DNA from: Eutreptiella sp. 'Long Island Sound 2002'
Taxonomy: Eukaryota; Protista; Euglenida
Direction: 5' to 3'
Length of the DNA: 64,000 nt
Assembly (NCBI GenBank): GCA_964036045.1
Contig: OZ038378.1
Location: forward strand, 15,128,001-15,192,000
In this document: positions 36,744 to 49,100 of the stretch, in pieces
Position numbering within the stretch: the stretch's first letter is position 1
How the letters are laid out: each line of letters starts with the position of its first letter
Program-made: the position numbers and the translations under genes
Notes under the pieces: model-generated
Database searches by the model: none
What the model saw: the letters and a program-made list of their open reading frames with translations, nothing else
What the model was told of the DNA's origin: nothing

Positions 36744-39700
36744 TTACTTCTTCGGGGTGTACATGTAGAAGGAGTAGATGCAGTTCCGCCGGAGGGTGGC
36801 CATCATATCCCTGAACAACTCAAAGCCCTCAAACTTGAACTCGGTCAATGGGTCCTGCATGCGAAAGCGTTGTTGCAATCGCGGCTGAGAGCAGGCAGTT
36901 GTTTTGCACAAGACTTATTGGCAACTGAAAGCAAATGGTCCCCAGTTTTATGGCACTCAGCTGATGCTGCCCGTCACCAGCACTACCGGCAGAGATCACT
37001 CATAAACTTCATGTCAGTATTTCACGCTGTGTTGTGGGAGCCGAGCCATACCACATTCCAAAAATCAATGGACTAACCCAGGGGGGTGGCCTGTTCGAAT
37101 ATTGACACCCAGCGGTGTTCAAGAACTTTTGGGGTCCAGAGGGGGGGATGGGTCAGTTGGTTGGTTGGTTGTAAGACACGGCTATGGCAGCTGGCAGCTG
37201 CCCCCCACGCGGGGACCTTGCCAAGCGGACCTATGCCACGTCCAAGGAAGGAAGTTTGCGCGCCTCTACTTCCCCCTGACTGCTGTCCTCACAGCGGGTC
37301 CAGGGGGTGGCGCACCTCTTGAGCCCAGTGCGACTTTCTGGGCGCCCATACTGGGCCCCACTCCACTCCCACATCTGGGCACCATCCTGGCGCCCCTCTG
37401 ACTGCCTGCCGGGAAGGGGGACCACCTTGTACTGGGTTACCGGCTGGGCCCCAGCTCGCCTTCACCTCGTGACCTCAAAGATTCAAAAAGCTGCCCGCGG
37501 CAGCAGCAAAAGCTCACGTACGGCGTGCTCCTTGTGCGCTGCGCTCCTCTGTTGCAGCTCCACGACTGCTTTTCCCGGGCATCGAATGTAGGTCCGCGCC
37601 ACTCACAACCTGGGCGCTGACCACTCGGTCACGGTCTCCGTCCCACCATCGCTGTCCTGCCGGGCCGGGCAGTGGCTTGGGGGCCCGCTCCAGATGGATG
37701 CCTGCATGCCTTAGTCCTCAGTGGGAATCCAACCCGGGTCAGCGCTGCTCTAGACTTGGGCGCTAGCCACTCGGTTACGGTCTCCTTCCCACTTACGCTG
37801 ACATGCCGGGGGCCTATGGATTAGCCCCCAACAGTCCTTTCGGGCCGGGCAATGGCGTGGGGCCTGCTACAGATGGCCCCCTGCTCCACCACTTGCCTCT
37901 CCGCCATCTCCTTCGCCGGCGCTCGCTGGTGCCCTCCGCGCACAGTGGCGCCCCTTGCGCACAGCGGCGCCCTGCAACAGAGGAACCAACACACACCTTT
38001 GGAGCGTGCACTGGCGTGGCACCGGTGGCTCGCCTTGGTGGCCGAGGCACAAAGCCGGCGTACAGAGCGCCACCCCCAGCACCCCACTAGGGAGCCTCCC
38101 CATGTGTTGCTGAGAGAGAGAGTGTGCCACCTGCCGGGTACCAGGCGGGCCCCGGTTCCTGCTTTCTCCTTATCCTTCTTCTGTCTCCTCCTCGTCCACT
38201 GCTCCTGGCCCTTGCGCGGCTATGTAGGAGGGCGGGCCGTCCCTTCCGCTACCATCCTAAGGGTTTTTGTATTGGTGCCAGGTCACCAGGGGGGGATGGG
38301 GGGCTGGTGGTGGTGGGGGGGGTCGGTGGGCACCCCAACATACACAACTCAAAATGATCCGCATGACGCGCTGATCAGTTTGAACATACACAAGTGGGTA
38401 AATTTTTTTTGAAAAAAATCTTTTTCCACCATCAGCTCAGGGCTCCCAGCAGCCAAGGTCGGACTCAAAGGTCGGGTCGGGGGCCAAAATTTCTTTTCAT
38501 ATTTTTCACCTATTTTTGAATTCGACAAAAATCTGAGCATTTGAAGTATAAATACATTGGGTCAAACAGTTTTTTCACCCCCTCCGAAAGGCCGAAAAAA
38601 AAAATTCGGCGCCTACGGCGCCACCAATTTCCCCCAAAATCTCAAATTGCAGAAAGGTGGGTTCGAGAACTTTTGGGGGTCTGGAGGGAGGTGATCTGGA
38701 TGCAAACTGGCCACTCCCCTTGGGACCAACCCCTAACTAACGTGCACCAACATGCATAAGCAGCTGTGAACATCACTTATGCACAGCGTGTCAGCCCTTT
38801 GACATCTTGGGGACGTAAGAGGGGGGCCGACTGGGTTGGCCAAGACCGGATTCTGCGACTCTGGCTTTCAAGCACCGCAAGCAGCAGGAGGCCGCGACCT
38901 GCAGCGGCCTCCTGCAGTCTGTTCGTGTGTCTGACACTTGCCATCATCCAGGATCATTTGGATTCCCGAGTGAAAACGAGCACCCAAAGAGATGAATGGT
39001 GTTGGACCCCTGGGGGACTACACACACATTTTTCGCGCCTCGTGGTGGCCGTTTCTTGGGGTCAAACCTTAATTGCGTAGGGCGTGGTCTGCTGGACTGG
39101 AGTGGTGCCAAAGCGATGCGCAAAGGCAGGTCCTGGTTTGCGTGCATGCACTGCCGGGACACACGTCTGGAGGTACGTCAAACCGCCGCAAGACACCTTC
39201 CGGGAATGGGGTGGATCACACCGGACCCAAACAACCGTGGGGGGGGGGGGGGGCACACAACGGAGATCCCCCAGCCACTGGATCCCACTTCAGCACAGGC
39301 CTTGGGGCGTAGGTTTGATGTGGTAACGGACGAATGCATGGTACAGACCCTCTGAGCGTAGCCACGCAGCCCAATAGCAGTCTGTAAGAACTTCATCGCC
39401 TGCAAGTGCTCCTTCCACAACCGGTCAGTTTGTGACAGTAAGAAGTACGATTGCACCTGCAGGGAAGAGAACACCGTGTCAAACGCAGTAAAAAAGGACC
39501 CCCCTACACACACACTTCGTTCATTTAGACCAGCACTTTTCTGACATGTGCGGAAGCAAGCTCAATATTGGACATCCCTCCCCCAAATCACGACCACTAT
39601 TGCCAATACAAATGACTGCAATATAGTCCATTCATGGTGTTCAAGGCCCTCTAGAGTGCAATCTTAAGACATCAGGACTAACAACACAAAAGCAGTAAGT

Positions 39701-41596
39701 GCGTTGGGAGGGGGGGTCTTCACCGCGTCTGTCTTGGACAGGGAAAGCGGTCCGATGAGGGGCGGCCTGTGTTGAGGGCCCCCACTCATGCAACATGCCA
39801 GAACTGTCCAAACTATTCCATTCAAACATTCAGAAGACTGTGCTTGTTTGGTGTAAAGTATTCCGCGTGTCTGCGTAAATGCTTGAAACGAAATTAAATA
39901 CGGTGTTGGGCAGGACAAGTATTGGCTGAAGGCTCCTTGCACTCCGAGGCAATGGAGTCAAAGCTGATACTTTGTTAAACCTGGGGGGCACTGCGGAACA
40001 CCAAAAACCCCCAAATGCACGACTACTACTTCCGACACACTTCAGTTGTTGCGGCAAACCCATGAGACCAGATCATACGACATCATACAACGAGCGTAGC
40101 ACGCAGCCGCGCGTCATGCGCAAAGCATGCGCCATTAAGCTCTCGGCAGCAGGTCCGGACCAGACACTATTAGGGCCATTGATAAGCCCGAGTGTGCACC
40201 GAGGTGCAGTGCGCGGATCGCGAGCAGTATAGCGTGCGGCGCGGATGTGCCTCTGGCGGTGGGCACGGTGGGCAAGCAGCGGGCAGTGCACAGCGGGCAG
40301 TGTGCGGGTGAGCAGCGCGGTGTACAACGTGCAGCGCTGCGCCAAACTTGCAAATGCCGTACGATGCGCAGTGCCAAGAGCGCGGTTTGCGGCCACGACA
40401 AATCCCTGGGGCGAGGCGCGCGGGGGGGGGGGGGGGCTCCAAAAGCTGTCCCCATAACGCAGGCGCCAGGCACGGGATGTCCCACCGCAGCGTGTGGTAT
40501 GGCGCACGCCGGCAACGGGAGGGCCTCCGTCCCGTCGCCTCGCTCCAAGGGCACGGGCAGGCACGGCGGTGGCCGCGCCGGGGCAGGAAACCACCGCCGC
40601 CGCGCTGGGCCGGGGAGGGTGGCCCCAGCCGGGTGTCCCTCGACCACCGTAGCAGGCCGCATGCCCACGCCGCCTCGCCCCCCGCACAATGAGCAGCCTG
40701 CACACCTCATCGATGTGGGTGTCGGACACCTGCCGGTTCGCTTCTGCCCTGGCCTCGTAGGCCTCCAAGGCACGCTTCTTCAGATATTCCCGCAGTTTCT
40801 GACAGTGACACGCCACGGCCCAATGCCCTGGGGGGGGGGGCACCGGCGAGGGACAACGGCAAAATTCCAGGCCCGGAACGTGCCAATGGGCTGCTGTGGC
40901 TGGGGAGGGGGTCCCGTTCTGTGCCTCTGCTGTGTACTATAGTGACCACCTTCACATGGATCACATGGATCATTCCTGCCCCTCCCACCCAACCCCGACA
41001 GACGCATACGGCCCCGGCCCCCGGTGTTCATTGGACATGGCTGTTCGGTCTGTTGTCAGGGCACGGGCACGGCTTCACGGTGCTCCCAGAGGGTCAGAAG
41101 GTGCCTGAGTGTGCATCACATCCTGCCTGCATCTCTCTTATCCCTCATTGAACGGGGACACGTCGGGGCCACAGCCCGGCAACGGCCGATGCTGAGCTAC
41201 GGACTACACAAAGTCGTTGAATAAGGCCATGGTGCCGTGTTGTGATCTCGCACCTACGCGACGGAGACTTTACCACAGCATCCCTCTCCCCCTTCGTGTC
41301 TGGAAAAATGGGATCGAACGCGGGTAAAACGGGAGCAACATGAGGTAACCTGGGATGAAAATGGAGAATAAAGGGATGAGACGGGGTGGAAGTGGAGGCA
41401 AGACACGGAGAATATCTCTCCGCTAGTCAGCTTGTGTGACCCGGTGCTGGTGATACGGACATTCAAGGGGGCAGGACCACAGCGAAGTGGCCCCTCGGCT
41501 TCCAAAGGTGGAAGGCGTGGAGTGCGGATAACTACGAACAATAATGGCGGACCAAAATCACGCCTGTATCGCCTTGCACCGCCTTTCCTGGCCCCC

Positions 41597-41648
<52 letters not shown>

Positions 41649-43097
41649 GACAACGTGGCTTTTCATGCGGAGCATGCCAGGGGTGATGATGCAGATGGCA
41701 CGAGGCGCTGTTCTGTCAGACACAGATGCCACGAAACTGCAGCGGTTGCGATCATCCGCATCAGGTGGGGCTACACAGACACACTTGCGCGCGCCCGCAC
41801 ACACACACACACACACAGCACAGCACAGCATACACCTCATAATCTCCTTTGCACTCCTGGTCCAAGAGGTCACCGGTCAGATCCTCCAGCAGGACGCAGT
41901 ACTGCCTCACTTTGGCTGCCAGTGGTTCCAGGAGGGGCTGCCATTCGGCCACTGGAGTGCCTGCAAATTCGACAGCAAATACATGTGTTGTCGCGCTACT
42001 GTGGCAGATGGACTAAAAGAACCTGAGAAGCCCACCAAGTACCGCTGACTTAGCAAAAACCTTGGCAAAGCGGACAGCCCTATGAGCAAATTTGTGAAAT
42101 ACCCACTTCCATCCACCCCTCACATGCGGATCACAAAAACTTCTGCGTGCCGAAATGGGGTGTCTCGTATGACAGTGGAAAAGTGGAAATGCGGTAAGAA
42201 TGCCATAGCCCAACCTTGGAGACGGCACAATAGGACACACAGGGGTTCCAGGAATAGGAGACTGTGAAACCGGGTTGAGGGGTCACATGGGGAACCAAAA
42301 GGTTGCCCTCCTTGCCCCCCTCAGCCCCCGAACCCATGTCATGTAACCCGCAAAAACCAGTGTATGTATGGAAATGTTTTGCATATTCCATCTGCTAGCC
42401 GACTTATTCCGAAGGCTGCACGACACGGCGTGGGGTACGGCGGCGGCGGGGGGTTTGGCACAAGGCCTCGGTATCTGATTGTTTGCCTTTGGCGGCGCCT
42501 ATTGGCCTCTCGCCACTGCTCATTCTGACCCTCAGTGGGCCCGAACGTGTTTTGGTTGTGTCAACGGAGCCCCTGGATGACTTGTCCTGTTTGACTACTC
42601 CAGAGTCGGCTGTCCCGGAGACGGGCTGTTGCCTGTGCCGTTGACCAGGTGCATCCAGATGCACACTCCGAGTCCATGCTGGGTTTGCCGACTCCAGCAC
42701 TGACTTGGGGCGGCGGGGGGGGGGGGGGGTACAGTCTTGGGTGGGAGAATGTTAGCCTTCAGATTCCCCCCTTCCGTGTGGGGCAAGGGACAACAGAGTC
42801 CTTCCCATAACCCCCGTTCCCCCTCCGAGGGGGCATCAACAGAAGCCCACACAAACGGCCCTTAGGGTCTGGAGCAGGCCCGTCACTAGTGTCCGGTAGG
42901 GGTGCTGAGTCAGCCTACCATATGCCACTTAATCCTCGCCCCCCGCCCCCCCCCTATTACCCCCCGAGGGGTCATAGGATTCTGGAATGAGCCATTCTTT
43001 CGCTCGCTTCGCGCCTGTTATCGCTCTTTATCATTTAAGGCTCGCCTTGCCCCACGGGGCAAAACGAGCCCCGGAGGGGGGGTGATAAGTGGGGTAA

Positions 43098-43153
<56 letters not shown>

Positions 43154-46100
43154 GGGGGGTCCAGTAATGCCCGTTCCTTTTACAGCCAGAATTCAGCAGT
43201 CATCAGCTGCGTCCCATCCCGTGTGCGACGCAGGAAGTCCCGTGTGTGACGCTTTGGGCACATACCGGAATCCTGGGGCGAGTAACTCACAGGGACAAAC
43301 AGACGATGGCCTGGCTGTAAGCCCCCCGGCCCCCCCGCTGTCTCCCCTCCCTTCCCCTTCGTCTTCCCTCTCCACTGTGCACGCCGCAGCCCTCTCTCAC
43401 CCAGATATCCACCCAAGCGCGGACTGCCCTTTGTTAAGGGCCTGGTCTCCCCCCCCCCCCTGTGTGACATTCCGTCTGGTTGTTGCTCCTTTACGGGGCC
43501 CTGGACGGTCACCCGTTCTTCCCTTCGCATGTTGCGTCAGGTCGCTGCTTTCTGTCGGCCGCTGCGGCCGCTGCTCCTGCTGGTGTCGTTTCCGCGTTCG
43601 CGGAGCCCAGTAGTTGGCGTGTTGGGACTGTGCTGAATGTGGCATGGTGTGCCGTTTGCGTGTCAGCGGCGCCCAATAATTGGCGTATTGAGGATGTGAT
43701 GGTTGTTGCCGGGGTCGTTTGACTGTTTTTGCTGTCCACACACCTCTGTCCACAGGCCGTCCATAGCCTGCCTCGCTGTGTTTCTGTGCGGCCCAGGTGC
43801 CCTGTTCCTCCACGCGCTGTCCGGGCTGTCCACCATATGTCCTTTTCCCCCTCACGGCTGGTCTGCCCCTGATGGGCTCCCGCTTCTGTTGCGCAAACAG
43901 CCCATCTGGGCTGTGGGAGACACCCCCCACCTGATGCCGGTTGAGCAGGGGTTGCCCTGGCACCCGGTAGCGACGGGGTTGGCTGGCCAAGCCATCCCCT
44001 TTGTTGTCGCTGCCTCCCATGCGCACGCTCCACCATTTGCTCCATTCTGGTTCCCTGTTCCTGCCGTTCTGGTAGCCTCTCCTGCCTTGCTGTGCCCCTC
44101 CTCCTTGTCTGGTGTGCCCGCCCTTGTCCCCCTTGGTGTGGCTCCCGCGTTTTGTGTGTCTGTGTTGCTCCTCCCCCTGTCTGGTGGCGCTGCTGGGTGG
44201 CCCTCCCCCCCCCTTCCACCAATGGTGCTTTAGGGTGCACCATTGCCCCCTCCCCGCAACCGTTTATGGGACCCCCCCCACCAACACTCGTACACCAGCT
44301 GCGCAGTCTGGCTCTCGGGTAGACAGACCCTCCGTCCGAGTACAAAACCTCCCTGCCCACCCCGGCAAAGGGCCGCACATGTCCGTAACGTTCGGCTCCG
44401 CCTGTTTGCTTTCATCAGTGATCTCTCTGCTTCGGCTGCTGAGCTTCGGGGGAAACAGATTATATATGTGGGGCCCAAGGGGCTTCCCTCGCTTCCCGAG
44501 AAACACTCCATTTGCAAAACCTTGAAGTAAAACTTCAAGTGGCATGACAGCGGGCCCCCCTGCGGCCACAACCGCGCGGGAGGGGGGGGTGCCGGCCACC
44601 CATGCTCCCACCCAGACGCCTCCCCCCATTGCAAATAGCTCCTGATGGCCGCAGCCTGCCCCAACCCTCCCCCGTACGGCAGGGCGTTGGCGACCTGGGG
44701 GGATGTTGGCCTCCAGGATGTCATCCATGGTTTTTGTCGCATAGTCCTGGTACGTGGCCTCCAGGGAAGCAGCCTTGAGGGCCTGCTGGCGCGATTTGTA
44801 GATGGCTGAGCGCTGTGTGTTCAACACCTGACACCGTGAGGACAGCAGAAGGGACAACATGAGACGAGATGTAGTGTTGAGGGAAGACGAATCCAGAGAG
44901 TGACAGTCACCGGTGATCGCAACCGCCCGATCGGACGGCCCTTGCCTCTTGGCAACGATGATGCAAATCTCCTCCGACAACACTGCCACCAGCCACGCAC
45001 TTGGGTAGGCCACTGGGGTTCCTTGACGCGTTGAGTTACCGGGGCTAAATTCTCGTGTGGCTGCGGATTCTCGTCTATGGCTGATCACGCAGGGCCCTGC
45101 CCCGCCCCTGTCCCCTGCTGCGCAGCCACGGGGCCATCCTCCCACCACACTGCCCCCTGCAGCCCTTGGCCTGCGTCGCACTCTTACCTCTTTCCCTCTG
45201 CGCCCGGGCCGCGCACTGCCGCATTGCATCTGCCAGGAGCAGTGCAGACACACGGACCTGCTGCCCGTCTGCACAACAGGAGTCCATCTGCGGTACATCC
45301 ATTGCCCATTGCCCGAGGCCGGGCGCACCCGTGCGTCTCTTGGGACGTGCTACATGAATTGGTACACCTGATGCGCGCTGCTGTTTGCTCTGCCGGGCCG
45401 TCAACGAGACCCCGACCCACCACCGGATCATTCTGGAGGCAATGTTTCGGGGCTGAAAGATGTTCAAAACAGTTTCGCGTGGGCTGCTTTGTGGCACAAT
45501 GTCCTTGCGTCATCGGCCTTGCGACCGCTCTCTTACTCTGTGTTCCAGTCGGCGGTTGTGAGGTCTGCTGCTTCGACATGGCGAGCAGCGGCAACGGCTG
45601 TGTGTCGTGGTCCTTTTGATGTGTTTCATACCCTGACCCACCCCTTTCCCAGCCTTTGTTTGGGTACTTGGTGGTGCACCGATCAACGGCGGCCTCAAGC
45701 CATGTGGGCTCGAAGGACCGCACGCTGCATGATGCTGAGTACACGGCGCCATCTGATAGACATCCGCCAGACCATTTGCTCGGTCGATGTCCACTTTGCG
45801 GATGCTGCTGCCCCTCCCCCCCCCCCTTTGAGGACTCCACCCCAGCATCCTCCTGCTGCGCCCGCCAGTCGCACTACCGCCGTCTGTATTGGTGCTGGGC
45901 AGCTAGTGTGTGGCGCAGCGCACAGCCATTTTCCTACCCAGACCACCACAAGTGCCATCCCACGGCGCAGTCGCCAGGCATGCCTATGCAAAGGTGTTGC
46001 GTGAGATACCAAAGACCAAAGAGGAGGCCTGGGAAGGCTGCCTATGAACGAGGGTGCAGGCGCGGGCACAAAGCCAGGCCTTCATGAAGCAGGGGCTGAA

Positions 46101-49100
46101 AGCGTGGGCCACGCTCAAGGCAATACGCACCTCATCACACTTGACACAGGGCACACACCTGATCATATTCAAAGAGGTTCTTTCGGATATCAAAGAAGTA
46201 GGACTCCACTTTCTTCTGTACCTGCACCACAATACGTTCCAGGTGCCCTTCCTGTGCCCGGTCCATGCCTCTCCGTACGCCCTTTGAAGGCCTCCTGCAT
46301 GCCCTCCGAAATGCTGTTGGAGGTGTTCCGGGGCACGGGACTGATTTCCACTGCCCTTGTACGACTCCCCCGCGCACGACGGGGCAAAGGGTAGCCCGCC
46401 TGTCCTCGTTTTTCCGCCGCTTTTCCCCGGTCCTTCCTCGTTCCCATGCCCCCCGTTTGCCCATCTGCCGTGTTCCCCCGGTCTTCCTCATCTTCGCTCG
46501 TGTACATCGTTTTGGGACCCTTGATGTGCTGGGGGTAATGCACCGGTCCTGTGTACGTCTTGGGCCTCGTCCTCTGTGCGCCTCGTCCCGTGTGTGCCCT
46601 GGAAAGTGCACAGGCCCCAAACGCTCTACATCCCACAGGCCAACGCAGACGGACGTCACGCAACCGTCCGGGGCGTTTTAGGGTGGTGCTCTGGCATATC
46701 CTCTGAGCAACAAGCGAAGGGAAGAACGGATGACTGTCCAGGGCCCCGTAAAGCAACAACAACCAGACGGAATGTCACACAGGGGGGCTGGATGGCATTG
46801 AGTGATGGGGGTAGGGCTGAGGTTGAAGGCCTTGTCACGGGATATGGCCGATTCACATCCGGACGTACTACTACGGTCGGGTCACTGCTTCCTGTCGGCC
46901 ACTGCGGCCGGTGCTCCTGCTGGTGTCGTTTCCGCGTTCGCGGAGCCCAGTGGCTGGTGTGCTGGGGCTGTGCTGGATGTGGCAGGATGAGCCCCCCCCC
47001 CCCCCCGAAACAACCCCTTGGGTCCCTCAGTAGAACTGCCCAACTCACGCAGCACTTGCAATCCTTACAACTTGAGAAGGGCACAGCATGTGACCCAATG
47101 CTGCTTTGGGCTTTGGTCTCTCAATAACATCACCAACAAGCCATACCTCCTTCCCCTCCTTCGCTCCTTCCCGATCACAAGACGCAACAGACGCAGAGGC
47201 AGGGCAGTGCAAATCCGTGCCAGGAGCTGTGGGACAGGTGAACGATCCCCATCCCCATGTACGACAGGAACTCAACCTCCCGCTCCACAATGCACACCCT
47301 TTGGGACGTGTGGCTGCGATGCCCCAATCCGGTGTGGCGGGGAGGCGGTAAGGCGCTAGGGGTGAGGTGGGTGCTGCGTATCCCTGGCTGTCCCTTCCCC
47401 AGGCAATACTTGAATGGGGCCCCCACACCCGTTCTGGGTGACAGTTCATTCCGCGTCAACCGCTTGCAACCATCTTCTTTCTGTACGCCCTCATCCCCCA
47501 AGGCCTTTCCAGTCACTTCACACCCTAAAGCCCATCCCTCTTGCTGTGCCCTACCCCATACATTGTCCAAAGCGTTGGTCAGCATCTGGGACTCAATGGG
47601 CAGGTCCTCGATCTGGAACATGTTCATCATGTTTTGGATCTGGTCACCCCCGAACACGCGGAACAAATTGTCCTCGAGGCTGAGGAAGAACCGGGTGCTG
47701 CCCGGATCCCCCTGCCGCCCACTGCGGCCGCGCAGCTGATTGTCGATGCGGCGGGACTCGTGGCGCTCAGTGCCGATCACATGCAGCCCACCCAACTTCA
47801 GGACCTCCGCCTTGTCAGCGTCGGTCTCAACCTGCAACACAAAAGCCCCATTCTCAACTCCTTGGGTGTACCCACAACAGCGTTCGAAATCGGCCCCAAC
47901 ACCCATGAAATGGAACGGAATGAAACGCAACGGAACGGAGTGGAATGGAACGGAATGGAACGGATGGAACAGGCATGACAGGCGTTCGTGGATTTTACAC
48001 GGGCCTGTCCACATAAGAACGACAACGCCTTGACAGTCCGAACACGACTTTATTCACTGGGTCCGCAAAAAGTCAACAAATCGGAGCAGAGACTCGGAGC
48101 GAATCGGGGGACTCAGGCCCGGAATTGAACAGGGGGGATCACCTTGTACTCCTTCACCATGGCATTGTAAGCATCGCGCAGGGCTTGAAGGATTTCGTCA
48201 TCCAGTGGGGCCTTCTCACAGGCCCGGGCCAACTTTTCATCCGCATCCAATTCCTCAAGCATCAGCCTGCCATTGCCCGTCCAGACCTTGAACGCCAAGT
48301 CCACAGAGTCTTGCAACAGCAGTTTGGTCTTGTCAGAGAGTTCCACAGGGAACAGTGTGTCTTTCGGCTTATACTTCTCATGAGGCCCAACGCAACGAGG
48401 CATGAGAAGCTGAAGTGCAACAGTTGATGAGGCGGTGCGTGCTACTGGACGCAAAAAGACGAGCAGCAGTACCAAGAGCAGCAGTATCATCAGTAGCCTG
48501 AGCAGCTGCAGCTGCTGGCCATCACCAGAGCACAACCAGCAGCACAAGCACCACAACCACCACCAGTGGCAGAGACAGCAGCACTAGCAGCCACAGCCGA
48601 GCAGCAGCAGCACTAGCAGCATTACCACAACCACACAACCATTAACACCACCACCACCACCACCATCATCACCACCACCACCGTCCCCGCCACCACCAAA
48701 ACGGTCAGCACCAGGAGCCTAGCAGCAGGACTGACGGGTTGGGGAAATCAGGCCTGGGGAACTCAGGGGATCGATTCTGTGGGCTGCAAGGCACAACACA
48801 TGGGGACTGCACCGAGCGCATCTTGAGCCGCGCCATGAATTCCGGGTTGCCGCCGAGCAGAATGTCGGTCCCACGCCCGGCCATGTTGGTGGAGATGGTA
48901 ACGGCCCCGACCCGCCCGCTCTGGGCAACGATCTCACTCTCCCGCTCCACGTTCTCTGGTTTTGCGTTCAGGGTTTCATGGGTGATGCCAATTTGGTCCA
49001 GGCGCTGGGACAGCTCCTCACTCTGCTCGACGCTCGTGGTACCTGTGGTTTGCGAGAAGAATTGAGAACAATTGAGGAGGGCGCATGCCCAACGAGGCCC

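Noticed and set aside
37421-37450. QPVTQYK as a candidate secA DPLxEYK exon
   Set aside because: The true terminal exon [14 protein letters not shown]...TPKK* is at 36744-36854 with a proper CAG acceptor.
40073-45328. Long ORFs in secA introns (40073-40843, 43509-44378, 44264-45328)
   Set aside because: GC-rich repeat-derived frames with low-complexity R/G/P translations. Only the embedded secA exons are meaningful.
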